DNA of 64,000 bases. It comes from Squalus acanthias. Its lineage: Eukaryota. The notes under the pieces were generated by a model that was not told the DNA's origin, made no database searches, and worked only from the letters and a program-made list of their open reading frames with translations. Made by a program: the position numbers and the translations under genes. The stretch's first letter is position 1, and each line of letters begins with the position of its first letter. The stretch covers positions 99,822,001 through 99,886,000 of the forward strand of contig CM059431.1 in the NCBI GenBank assembly GCA_030390025.1, given 5' to 3'. Positions 24,901-36,815 of the stretch are shown piece by piece.

Positions 24901-25815
24901 AGTAATTGTTTGTCCAGCTGCTGGTTTCGCAGTTCTTACAAGCTTTGAAATCTATTTAACAAGTATTCCTTCTTTCTAATATTTCTGATTTATTTTACAA
25001 ACTATGACTTCTGCAGATTCTTATCGAGTAGGAAATGCCGCTAGACTGCTGCTAGGCTGCTAATGTATTAACATCCGATCACTTTTGGCAATTTATAATT
25101 CATTGTTTGTCCAGTGAAAGAACCTAGATCTGTGTTGATTTCTTTTTGGGTTTTTTTTTTAAAAAAGCAGGAAAAAAAAAGATTTAAGCACATCGGCCAG
25201 CGTCGGAGTCTCTGTGCTGGGCTAATTAAATGCTGTGATTAAAATGAAACCATTTGCAAGAGTCGTTTTGATTTGAGCTTTACGGGAGGCTGCTGTTCCT
25301 GGAGACCACAGACAACACGCAGTTTTCGACAGTGAACCTTATAGTTTCCCCCCCCCTTGCAGACCAGTTGACTGGTTAACCTTAGGCTGAATTTATTTTT
25401 GTAAATGACGATGGGTATATAACTGTTGACCCCCTCTGTGTTACATTTTTCTTTTGTTGTTTATATGAGTTGTCTGTGAGATTGTCTATCCCAATTGAAT
25501 GGTTGTCTTTGACAGGCTAATTCTTATCACCTTTTAAACAAAAAAGACAAAGTACAGCAGAGGGATATTTATTCTTTGTGCTTTGGTTAATATTTTGTCT
25601 ATTGTCTCATTTGTTGCATGGGAAGAGGATGGAAATGATGAAACAGAACTGCATGTAGTAGGTTGTCTGTAATGAACTGTTGGTATGTATTACTAAATTT
25701 ACATACATATATGCAAAAGAAGAGTTTGTCTGCATTGTACAGTTTAAATGTTTATTATCATTTGTTGTACACACAAATACAACATATTGAATAAAATATT
25801 TATATGAAGACGCAG
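21968..25815 (+). other. FGF14: Probable FGF14 3' UTR
   Basis: Nearly free of interspersed repeats and AT/U-rich. AATAAA at 24246 and 25790. The end point is inferred. Confidence 0.55.
22935..23390. repeat. Polypyrimidine minisatellite, unit ~CCCTTCCTTCCCTCCCAA with variable CCTT inserts
   Basis: Direct periodicity. Confidence 0.93.
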
Positions 25816-26121
25816 TGCGACCATGGCCCATACATAACCTTTCCGCAGATGCAGTGTGCTCTGGCACCATCCAGGATGAGAATGGGACAACACGGATACG
25901 CATTTCAGCTCCATTGCCCAGTCCTTTCATGTTGAACTTATCCTGAATTGTAAGTGTACGCGTCAGCCCAGCCTTGAGTCAGCTCTTGAATGTCTGTGGA
26001 ATCCTTTTCTCGCAGGGCATGTGGGGTAGGACTGCAGAATTTTGCTTGTAATACTGTGCAGAATTATACATAAAAGTATAGAGAACGCACGGAATTATTT
26101 TGCCACATGGTGTTCGGTTTT

Positions 26122-26830
26122 CTTTATTCGTTCGTGGGATCTGGGCGTCGCTGGCAAGGCCAGCATTTATTGCCCATCCCTAATTGCCCTTGAGAAGGTG
26201 GTGGTGAGCTGCCTTCTTGAACCGCTGCAGTCCGTGTGGTGAAGGTGCTCCCACAGTGCTGTTAGGGAGGGAGTTCCAGGATTTTGACCCAGCGACGATG
26301 AAGGATCGGCGATATACTTCTAAGTCAGGATGGTGTGTGACTTGGAGGGGAACTTGGAGGTGGTGGTGTTCCCATGCGCCTGCTGCCCTTGTCCTTATAG
26401 ATGGAAGAGGTCGCGGGTTTGGGAGGTGCTGCCGAAGGAACCTTGGTTTGCATATTCCTCGGGTGGACCAAGGAAATCGGTGTTGGATTGTGGTTCATGT
26501 TGGGTGCTTCTGTGTGAAGGGACTTTCGGAATCAAACAGGCATGTGGTTTTACATGGTCTCAAATAAAAACCCATCTGCACTGGGAGGCTGGTGTTTGGT
26601 GTTTGACTGGATCAAATACCTATCGACAAGTGTATAAGGTTTAACAGTCTATGATGCATGTGACATACAGTAGTTCATACTGTGTATTTGACTCTGAATT
26701 GGCCTTGAGAGCCACTCAGTTATAAACAAACGATCACTTGGTTCAAGACGAGGGCCCACCACCACCACCTGCTCAAACCAACTAGGGATGGGCAATAAAT
26801 GTATCCTCACCAGTTCTGCCCCCATCCCAC
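26122..26830. mobile_element. Third-family LINE tail (-, ~26122-26445) and a degenerate copy of its partner SINE (+, ~26560-26830)
   Basis: Near identity to 21070-21395; aaaacccatctg...gccactcagtt...gggatgggcaataaatg. Confidence 0.75.
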
Positions 26831-26926
26831 AACAAATAGTTTTAAAAAATGCTTTAGATAAACATGGTTAAAAAAATAACTCCATCTACACAAGAACATA
26901 AGAATTAGGAGCAGGAGTCGGCCATA

Positions 26927-27160
26927 CAGCCCCTCGAGCCTGCCCCACCACACGGCCCCTCGAGCCTGCTCCACCACACGGCCCCTCGAGCCTGCTCCAC
27001 CTCACGGCCCCTCGAGCCTGCTCCACCATACGGCCCCTTGAGCCTGCTCCGCCACACGGACCCTCGAGCCTGCTCCACCACACGGCCCCTTGAGCCTGCT
27101 CCGCCCCACGGCCCCTCGAGCCTGCTCCACCACACGGCCCCTCGAGCCTGCTCTGCCATT
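26927..27160. repeat. 9 x 26-bp tandem repeat CGGCCCCTCGAGCCTGCTCCACCACA
   Basis: Units start at 26927, 26953, ... 27135; a single copy is present in other CR1 tails. Confidence 0.93.
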
Positions 27161-27360
27161 CAATAAGATCATGGCTGATCTTTGACCTCAACTCCACTTT
27201 CCCGCCCATCTCCATATCCCTCGATTCCCCTAGAGTCCAAAAATTATCGAGCTCAGCCTTAAATATGCTCATGATGCGGAGATGCCGGTGTTGGACTGGG
27301 GTGGACAAAAATGAGAAGTCGCACAACACCAGGTTGTAGTCCAACAGTTTTATTTGAAAT

Positions 27361-27395
27361 TACGAGCTTTCGGAGCGCTGCTCCTTCATCAGGTG
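27361..27395 (-). ncRNA. Minimal type I hammerhead ribozyme motif (mirror copy)
   Basis: Reverse complement: CAC-CUGAUGA-A-GGAGC-agc-GCUCC-GAAA-GCUC^GUA. Confidence 0.72.
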
Positions 27396-27404
27396 CAGTC
27401 ACTG

Positions 27405-27440
27405 TACCTGACGAAGGAGCAGCCGCTCCGAAAGCTCGTA
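27405..27440 (+). ncRNA. Minimal type I hammerhead ribozyme motif
   Basis: UAC-CUGACGA-A-GGAGC-agcc-GCUCC-GAAA-GCUC^GUA: conserved core, 5-bp helix II, palindromic AGCU helix III, UAC/GUA helix I. Confidence 0.75.
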
Positions 27441-28064
27441 ATCTCAAATAAAACTGTTGGACTATAACCTGGTGTTGTGCGACTTCTCATTTTTAAATAT
27501 GCTCAACGACTCAGCATCCGCAGCCCTCTGGGGCAGAGAATTCCAAAGATTTATCACCCTCTGAGTGAAGAAATTATACCTTGTCTATTCCAGTACGTGG
27601 GACTGAACAGCACAGTTTACGGGCACTTGTAATAGAAATAATGGAGAATGAAAGACTGCAGAAAAAATATAAAAAGGCAGTCGCTGGCTAGGCTTAGTAA
27701 CCCCGGTTTGGAGAGGTACAGCGAGCATTGCGCTGGCCCAGTGCACGGGTGAACTCACCCCCACGGCTCAGTGGAGGTGGCACTGAATTTTGTGAGACAA
27801 GGCCTGCCCCCCTAATTTGAAAAGGGCTCAGGAAAAGCTTGCCTGGAGAGCTTGACCTGTGGGACAGGTTGGGTTTATTTTGGGGTGGGGGGTGGTGGGG
27901 GGCGGATGTAGAGAGCAAAACCTGGCAAGTAAGCAGGTCTTCCTAAAAGATGAATTTGTGATTGCCCGAGGTCGTAAGGTTTGGGGTTTGGATTTTCCTG
28001 GGCCTGTGGGAAACCTGAGAGGATGGGGGACTTCCACCAACCTCCAGGGTCCTGCCAGCAACTC

Positions 28065-29630
28065 AGGGTCGCCAACCCCCCAGGATTGCCCTGGAGTCTC
28101 CAAGAACTAATCTCCAGGACACTGCTGCCAGCAAAACCCGGGAGAAAAATCATAGATGGGGCAATAAAAAATAAATTGCGTGTTTTTTTGCATTTTCTCA
28201 ACGCTTTTGTTTATTTTTGATACAAAACATGGGAGATGGTGGGGGAAAAGCTATTTTTGGATTTTCAGAAGGCCTTTGATAAAGTCCCACATAAGAGGTT
28301 AGTGTGCAAAATTACAGCACATGGGATTGGAGGTAATATACTGGCATGGATTGAAAATTGGTTAACAGACAGGAAACAGAGAGTAGGAATAAATGGGTCT
28401 TTTTCGGGGTAGCAGGCGGTGACTAGTGGGGTGCCGCAGGGATCAGTGCTTGGGCCCCAGCTATTCACAATATATATCAATGATTTGGATGAGGGAACCA
28501 AATGTAATATTTCCAAGTTTGCTGACGACACGAAACTAGGTGGGATTGTGAGTTGTGAGGAGGATGCAAAGAGGCTTCAAGGCGATATAGACAAGTTGAG
28601 TGAGTGGGCAAATACATGGCAGATGCAATATAACATGGATAAATGTGAAGTTATCCACTTCGGTAGGAAAAACAGAAAGGTAGAATATTATTTAAATGGT
28701 GATAGATTGGGAAATGTTGATGTACAAAGGGACCTGGGTGTCCTTGTACACCAGTCACTGAAAGCAAACATGTAGGTGAAGCAAGCAGTTAGGAAGGCAA
28801 ATGGTATGTTGGCCTTCATTGCAAGAGAATTTGAGTACAGGAGCAAGAATGTCTTATTAGTTATACAGGGCCTTGGTGAGACCACACCTGGAGTACTGTG
28901 TGCAGTTTTGGTCTCCTTACCTAAGAAAATATATACTTGCCATAGAGGGAGTGCAGCAAAGGTTCACCAGACTGATTCCTGGGATGGCAGGACTGTCGTA
29001 AGAGGAGAGATTGGGTCGACTAGGCCTGTATTCACTAGAGTTTAGAAGAATGAGAGGGGATCTCATTGAAACGTATAAAATTCTGACAGGGCTAGACAGA
29101 CCGGATGCAGGGAGGATGTTTCCCCTGGCTGTGGGGTCTAGAATGAGGGGTCACAGTCTCAGGATACGGGGTAGGACATTTAGGACTGAGTTGAGGAGAA
29201 ATTTCTTCACTCAGAGAGTGGTGAACCTGTGGAATTCTCTACCACAGAAGGCTGTGGAGGCCAAGTCACTGAATATATTTAAGAAGGAGATAGATAGATT
29301 TCTAGACACAAAAGGCATCAAGGGGTATGGAGAGAGAGCGGGAATATGGTATTGAGATAGAGGATCAGCCATGATCATATTGAATGGCGGAGCAGGCTCG
29401 AAGGGCTGAGTGGCCGACTCCTGCTCCTATTTTACTATGTTTCTATGTTTGGTTGATGGTGAAGAATCAACCAATCGGGTAATGATCGTTCTGATTGGTA
29501 GAGGAGGGCGGGGCACCGCGAGGATGGACATGTCGGGCGACCAATGGCGGGAGCATGGGGTGGGGGCGTGGAGACAGGAGATCATGTGCTGAGACCTCCA
29601 GGAATATGTCCAACCAGAGTTTGCGACCAG
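28065..29630. mobile_element. Non-autonomous DNA element with degenerate AGGGTTGCCAAC-type ends (hAT-like), split by a CR1
   Basis: Left end agggtcgccaac, right end ccaaccagagtttgcgacca. The internal block 29494-29590 recurs at 19901-20000. Confidence 0.55.
28250..29450 (+). mobile_element. CR1 3' fragment (RT with stops and frameshifts)
   Basis: DFQKAFDKVPH, GVPQGSVLGP and FADDTK motifs; tail. Confidence 0.93.
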
Positions 29631-29739
29631 ACAGCAGCTCAAAGCAGTTTCCAAGGGCAGAGGCTATTTTAATAGGCAGGGCATGTGTACAGCAGGAATC
29701 TTACTCCTGACCTGCTCAATCACTGGGAGGGAGGTAACT

Positions 29740-30285
29740 ATAGTCCACAGCACACAAATAGGCCACTCGGCCCAACTGGTCCATGTTACTGCTCCACACG
29801 AGCCTCCTCCCACCCCTCTTCATCTCACCCTATCAGCATATCCTTCTATTCCTTTCTCCCTCATGTGTTTATCGAGCTTCCCCTTAAATGCATCTCTGCT
29901 ATTCGCCTCAACCACTCCCTGTGGCAGCGAGTTCCACATTCTCACCACTCTCTGGGTAAAGAAGTTTCTCCTGAATTCCCTATTGGATTTGTTAGTGACT
30001 ATCTTATATCTATGGCTCCTAGTTCTGGTCTCCCCCACAAGTGGAAACATCTTCTCTACGTCTACCCTATCGAACCCCTTCACATAATTCTAAAGACCTC
30101 GATCGGGTCACCCCTCAGCCTCTTTTCTAGAGAAAAGAGCCCCAGCCTGTTCAATCTTTCCTGGTAAGTGTATCCTCTCAGTTTTGGTATCATTCTTGTG
30201 AACCCTTCTTTGCACCTTCTACAGTGCTTCTGTATCCTGTTTATAATATGGAGACTAGAACTGTACACAGTAACTGCAGGTGTGG
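29740..30285 (-). mobile_element. CR1 3' fragment
   Basis: [14 protein letters not shown]...FFTQRVVRMWNSLP. Confidence 0.88.
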
Positions 30286-31074
30286 TCGGGTTCAGGTAAG
30301 TTTAGACAACAGATTACAAGAATGTCCCGGCCCCTTTGATCGCGTTTCCGCTTTGTGTCATTTTCCAAGCCAGTTACTATTCTGCTACTTATGCATATTA
30401 AGATTCATTGGAATATTGGGGGTGAAATTGGTCTTTGGCAATAGCACACAATGGCCGATAGCGAATCGACAGCCTGTTCTAAATCACATCTGTGGGAAAG
30501 AAAATCTGGCACAGTGCAAAACCAGCTGCCGGTTCCTTGTCACTCATTTCGCGCTATCACTGAAGACGAATTTCTATCCCTTTGGTTTTTTTGATGCTGC
30601 ATATTTGTGCCGTGTTCACTGACCAAAGATTAAATCTAAAGGACTTACCTGAGGAACTGAACATGCCAATATAAAAATTTTATTTCTTGATGTTCCGCTG
30701 TTCACAGTGCAAGTTCTCCACAAAGAACAAGTTTCCAGATTGCTCCCAACATTAATTTAATCGGTAGCATTTCTTCCTTTGATTAAGAACGTTCTTTGAA
30801 TCGAGATGACAAGGCTGAGGACCAATCCTGATGATAAGAACGAGTTCCTCTTGAAAGAAAGCATTCTTCATGCCTTAATATCTTCCATTAATTTGAATGT
30901 GACTAAATTCCTTATAAAAATGCGTTTGTTCTTCAGTTCTGGTGCATTAACTGTAGATGGCGAGAAAGCGTGGAACCATTGAGGGAAATATTGAACTGCT
31001 TTTTGATGAATAGATTTGATGTACCTTTTTAAAACACGCGACTGCATTTTATTGATTTTGCCAATTAAAAATAT

Positions 31075-31705
31075 AGTTTAAAGGAATTGGAGAAATACTT
31101 GAAGGGGAGAAAATTACAGGGCTCTGGGGAAAGAGCAAGGGGGAGTGGGACTAATTGGAGAACCCTTTCAAAGAGCCGGCACAGGCACCATGGGCCCAAT
31201 GGCCTCCTTCTGTGCTGTATCATTCTGTGAATTAGAAAGTGAGATAAGGAACAGTGGAAAGGTGGAGAGGGATGTGTTTGAGCGGCTGATTGGTGAGGTA
31301 TCTTGAGCATATTAACTTTTTCTGTTGAGGGATGACCCAATAGAGGTCTTTAAAATTATGAAGGGGTTCGATAGGGTAGACGTGGAGAAGATGTTTCCAC
31401 TTGTGGGGGAGACCAGAACTAGAGGCCATCAATATAAGATAGTCACTAATAAATCCAATAAGGAATTCAGGAGAAACTTCTTCACCCAGAGAGTGGTGAG
31501 AATGTGGAACTCGCTACCACAGGGAGTGGTTGAGGCAAATAGCGTAGATACATTTAAGGGGAAACTAGATAAACAGATGAGGGTAAAAGGAAAAATTCGC
31601 AGGGCTATGGGAAAAGAGCGGGGCGCGGGGGGGGCGGGGGGGGGAGCGGGACTAATTGGAGAGCTCGTTCAAAGAGCCGGCACAGGCACGATGGGCCCAA
31701 TGGCT
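31075..31705 (+). mobile_element. CR1 tail (~31075-31230) and CR1 3' fragment (~31322-31705)
   Basis: Same motifs as other copies. Confidence 0.85.
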
Positions 31706-32656
31706 ATTAATGCTCAAGAATCCATTTGTAACATCAGAAAGGTGAATTCTAAGAATAGAAATGCCTGATAAAAGCACATATTCTTAATAAATTGAACTTG
31801 TTAAAAGGGATTGTCCTTGTGCAATACATTATGATAAAACTACACACAACACTGGGTATAGGCGCTTTGTCTTTTAAAGTGGCAACATATTGTCTATCAC
31901 GTTGATTTTACAGGTTTTTATTGAAAGAATTCTAACGGAGAAAATAACCATTTTATCTGGTATTGTCCAAGTGGCATTTAGAAATAATGGATCGAACTCC
32001 TGGAATTACGCACAAACTGTAGAGTCACACTGGTTGCTTAAAAGTGTCATTCATTTTATTCAAACTGTAAGTACATCTTTATAAGAGCACGGTTAGGAAT
32101 AGGCTACACGAGGAAGCTCTAAAAGTTTTTTAAGTCGCTTAATGAATGACTGTCAGAACGGGCAGCTCCTGTACCAGTAAATATTTATTACAACAGTCAT
32201 TTGCAGGTCAGTCAAAAACTCTTAGCTGTTCGGAAATTTACTGTCAGCAGTATTTCCTCATAATTAGCTGCCCATTTACTCACAGCCAAAATAATACATT
32301 ACTGTTGTGACCTCAGTTCCTAAACATTTGCTTTGCATATCTGTAGATTATAAGTTATTGAAGCTAGTCCCATTAAAACGCGTCACATCCAACAGTGACA
32401 TGGCTGCCAGACTCCCATGCTCATAACCACAGTACATTATTAAAGGTCATTTTGCCATTCATACTGGTGTTTTGACGATGAAACTATTCGCTTCCTATGG
32501 TACTAGCCACGTAGCAAACCTAAAGTGGAAACATTAGCAAGTGAAGATGTTTAAGTGTGATTGCAGTGTGCTTCGAGTGCTGCGTCTGATCATTTCCTTA
32601 GTCAGGCGGCAGAAATGAGAACACATTCAAGAGTCTTTCCTGTTCCTGTTGAGCCT

Positions 32657-32748
32657 TCAGAAGCTTTCCAACCCGATCCAGATTTCACAGGCATTGCCAG
32701 TCCATTCATCCCAGCAGTCACAGATCCCACAGTTACAGACACCATTCC
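32657..32748 (-). CDS. ITGBL1: ITGBL1 (integrin beta-like 1) terminal coding exon, 92 bp
   Basis: ttttgaatgcag|GG AAT GGT...: (G)[29 protein letters not shown]. Integrin-type EGF cysteine spacing; matches the recalled ITGBL1 C-terminus [30 protein letters not shown]. Convergent with FGF14 as in other vertebrates. Confidence 0.92.
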
Positions 32749-32969
32749 CTGCATTCAAAAAGCCAAGGTGTCGCAATTAAAGTACGGAATATCGAGCGCT
32801 GCATCTCGAAATAAATTGCAGGTTAGAAAATCTTCTATTGTCCCTTAACATCATTTTATTCAGACAGCTGTTTCTTTTACCTTCATTATTGAGCTGTATA
32901 TTACAATATAAAATTTTAAGAAATATATAACCCCACCAAATATTAATTATTATACATTAATATCATTAT

Positions 32970-33345
32970 ACAAAAATCTAGGCTGACACTCCAGTGCAGT
33001 GCTGAGGGAGTGCTGCACTGTCGGGGGTGCCGTCTTTCAGATGAGATGTTAAACCAAGGCCCCGTCTGCTCTCTCAGTGGATGTAAAAGATCCCATGGCA
33101 CTATTTCGAAGAAGAGCAGGGGAGTTCTCCCCGGTGTCCTGGGGCCAATATTTATCCCTCAATCAAGATTATCCAGTCATTATCTCATTGCTGTTTGTGG
33201 GAGCTTGCTGTGCATAAACTGGTTGCCGCGTTTCCTACATTACAACAGTGACTAGACTCCAAAAAGTACTTCATCAGCTGTGAAGCGCTTTGGGACGTCC
33301 TGAGGTCGTGAAAGGCGCTATAGAAATGCAAGTCTTTGTTTTGCT
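32970..33345 (+). mobile_element. 5'-truncated DeuSINE
   Basis: Core and tail match other copies; single unexpanded 33-mer. Confidence 0.88.
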
Positions 33346-34439
33346 TTCTATTAGGAATGTTAAATAAAATCAGAAATTGCTGGAAATGTTGAGCAGGTTG
33401 ATCAGTTCCGGAGAGAGTCCCAACTGAAAGTTTCTCGTGCCTCAAGTGCTGACCGACCCATTCTACCTTTCCAGCATTTAGTGCTTTTCAAAAAAATTTC
33501 CGATATTCCAAATTTTTTTTCCTTTTAGCAATGTCGTTACTCTGAGATATATTAGTACCGTTTAAAAGTGATCTGGAGAGTCATTCAGTTTCGAAAGTAC
33601 TATTTAAAAATAATTGCAGCAATGACTGGAGGGCATGCAAAGGTGTTTTGTGGTAATAACTGCACGCCAGGAACGCTGTGTTATGACTTAATTCACTACA
33701 GAAGTCGCATTTGCTCTTCCTGCGATCCTGATGTATATTTAATACGGCATCATTGAATCTCTATGTAAATCGGCATCCTTCCAACTGAAATGTCAAACAT
33801 TGCCTCATTATGACAAAGTCCTACAATAAATTCGTTGCAGCACTGCAGCATTAAAGCTATTGCACGATCGGATGTAACATTCTGTAATAATACAATTCTC
33901 CAGTCTCAATTTTTGTGAGAAAGTAATTTACTTCCCCTCTTACTCTCCCAGGAACGTCTCACCATCTTCCATGCAATTTCCTAAAGGTTTGACAAGAAGT
34001 GTAATTGCAGCAAGGATTGATGTTTGGAGAAGCCGCCTGTTTTTGGCGGGTGTCTGTCGGGGTGCGGTGTAAATGGAGGTTGCAGCAAAATGGTACGACA
34101 AGACTGTGTGAGCAAGTAGAGAATTTGAAAAATATCTTGGAGAGATCTTAAAAGTAACACACTGTTGCCACGCAAAATGGTCTCTTACTTACGCAACGCT
34201 ACCATGGCAACATTTTTAGATCTATTTTAAGCTGCTTCCAGATGATTATGGTCCTGAAATTCCTTGGAAAGTACGTTGACAACAAGTACGAAGTTATGCC
34301 AATTTTTCAGCGTAAAGGGTCGAGGAAGTTCGCGTGCAAGTGAGTTGATCGCTTGCTCCATTACGCCTGAATTTCCTCCATCTTCAGTGAGCCCTTGGCC
34401 AAAACCCTCTTCATCTCTTTAACATAGCCCCCCCCCCCC

Positions 34440-34662
34440 ATTCAGCAACTTCAGGACATCACAAAGCGCTTTACAGCCAATGAAGTATTTTTGAATTGTA
34501 GTCACTGTTGTAATGTAGGAAACGCAGCAGCCAATTTGCACACAGCAAGCTCCCACAAACATCATTAAGATAAATGATCAGATAATCTGTTTTAGCGATG
34601 TTGGTTGAGGGATAAATATTAGCCAGGACACCGGGGAGATCTCCCCTGCTCTTATTCGAAAT
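34440..34662 (-). mobile_element. DeuSINE fragment, adjoining a GC-rich MITE-like end (34663-34945)
   Basis: Deu core on the minus strand; the neighbour ends in gaattttgcccc. Confidence 0.7.
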
Positions 34663-35507
34663 AGGGCCGCACGTACGCCCCCGACCCTGTCAGACATGGC
34701 GTCCGGCGGTGCGTCAGGGGTCGCAACCCAAGTTTGCGGCCGGGGTGCGAGCAGGGCGCTGCGCACGGCGATGATGTCATCGCCGGAGGCACAGCGCCAC
34801 GGGGCGCTACCGGCTACCGCCGCTGCTAAGCTCCCGCTGAATTTCGCAGGAGGCGTTAGCGGCGCCGTGCCTGGGTGCTAGTTGCTTTGCGCCCCATTAG
34901 CTTAGGGCGCTAACGGGAGGCGCAAAGCAACCGAATTTTGCCCCCCTGATGTTTAATTGTAATGTTTTTAAGCCACCTCAATGAGACCGGCACTGGATTT
35001 TCTGTATTTTTGAATTCATTTTTATAACATCAGAATTAGTTGCATTAAAAATTGAAAAGGCTTCGCGATTGCATATTCTGTGCTTAATGTGCATAAATGA
35101 AGACTTCGTGGTTTAAATGTTTGAAATTGAAATGCTCTTATGTGCCTTCCCCTGGGCCCCGATTGTTTACGCCGGTTAATGCTGGATTACGCCAGCTTTT
35201 ATGTTCCGAGGTTTGCACCTGAGATTGTCAGGAAATTTCGGTGTAAATACCTGCGGGCAATATCGGCGTAACTTGCCGATTATGCCGTTTGAGAAAACTC
35301 TGGGCCAATTACACCATTTAATTATTCGTAATCTCAAACTCATTTCAACCTTATTTGAAAAAGTATTAGACAATATACTGTTACTTTGCAGTATTTAAAA
35401 GGAACACATCTGAAGGCACAATGTACGATGACACAAAGTGGTCAGACATTATATATTCCCCTCCTGCTCCCCCTTTCCCTCTCTCCCTCTCTCCCTCTTT
35501 CCCTCTC

Positions 35508-36007
35508 NNNNNNNNNNNNNNNNNNNNNNNNNNNNNNNNNNNNNNNNNNNNNNNNNNNNNNNNNNNNNNNNNNNNNNNNNNNNNNNNNNNNNNNNNNNNN
35601 NNNNNNNNNNNNNNNNNNNNNNNNNNNNNNNNNNNNNNNNNNNNNNNNNNNNNNNNNNNNNNNNNNNNNNNNNNNNNNNNNNNNNNNNNNNNNNNNNNNN
35701 NNNNNNNNNNNNNNNNNNNNNNNNNNNNNNNNNNNNNNNNNNNNNNNNNNNNNNNNNNNNNNNNNNNNNNNNNNNNNNNNNNNNNNNNNNNNNNNNNNNN
35801 NNNNNNNNNNNNNNNNNNNNNNNNNNNNNNNNNNNNNNNNNNNNNNNNNNNNNNNNNNNNNNNNNNNNNNNNNNNNNNNNNNNNNNNNNNNNNNNNNNNN
35901 NNNNNNNNNNNNNNNNNNNNNNNNNNNNNNNNNNNNNNNNNNNNNNNNNNNNNNNNNNNNNNNNNNNNNNNNNNNNNNNNNNNNNNNNNNNNNNNNNNNN
36001 NNNNNNN
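35508..36007. other. Assembly gap (500 N, probably a nominal size)
   Basis: Run of N preceded by a CT-rich tract. Confidence 0.99.
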
Positions 36008-36332
36008 AACAGTAGATGGCATTGCCTCGCAAATTTCCTGCTCCTCCCGGCTCTGCAATAAGCTAAGTCGATGAATTAAAACTTACCTCTCTGACGGCAG
36101 TCTCCCGTGGCTCCTCTCTAAGGATTGCTGGTTTGGTTGCTGGCGCCTGAGGATACTGATGGCGGCACGCGGGGCTCAGACAGGCCTTGGGACTCCTAAC
36201 CGCACGTGCAAAGGGCCTAATGCCCAAATCAGGCGCGTGCTCTGGACGAGCCTGTATCTATATGGCGGTTGCTGCGGGAATGAGTGCTTGCACGTAGCCT
36301 GCCATATTGGGCCCTTAGGTGCCCATTTTAAG

Positions 36333-36815
36333 ATCATAGGAACAGGAGGAGGCCATTCAGTCCCTCGAGCCTGTTCCCCCATTCAGTGAGATCATGGCTG
36401 ATCTGTGACCTAACTCCATATACCCACCTTTGCCCCGTATCCCTTAATACCTTTGGTTAACAGAAAACTATCAATCTCAGATTTAAAATTAACAATTGAT
36501 CGAGCATCAATTGCCATTTGCGGAAGAGAGTTCCAAACTTCTACCACCCTTTGTGTGTAGAAGTGTTTCCTAATTTCACTCCTGAAAGGTCTGGCTCTAA
36601 TTTTTAGACTATGCCCCCTAGTCCTAGAATCCCCAACCAGCGGAAATAGTTTCTCTCTATCGACACTATCTGTTCCCCTTAATATCTTGAAAACTTCGAT
36701 CAGATCACCCCTTAACCTTCTCAATTCTAGGGAATACAACCCAAGTTTGTGTAATCTCTCCTCGTAACTTAATCCCTGGAGTCCGGGTACCATTCTGATA
36801 AATCAACGCTGCCCT
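36333..36815 (-). mobile_element. 5'-truncated CR1 with an 11-bp TSD
   Basis: CCCATTTTAAG at 36322-32 and 36816-26; ORF 36410-36793 is the CR1 ORF2 C-terminus. Confidence 0.92.

Larger units (their letters stand above)
27272..27492. mobile_element. Penelope-like element relic: inverted pseudo-LTR pair with a 13-bp TSD
   Basis: TTAAATATGCTCA at 27259-71 and 27493-505; near-perfect palindrome 27307-27494 centred at 27400; hammerhead motifs in both arms. Confidence 0.8.
26890..27580 (-). mobile_element. CR1 3' tail fragment hosting a 26-bp tandem array and a PLE-derived insertion
   Basis: Colinear with CR1 tails at 5935-6130 and 42708-42845. Confidence 0.85.

Noticed and set aside
34250..34945. 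A single MITE bounded by GGTCCTGAAATT and AATTTTGCCCCC
   Set aside because: The flanking triplets differ and the halves look unrelated, so the boundaries are not supportable.
35381..36074. ORFs spanning X residues
   Set aside because: Artefact of the N gap.
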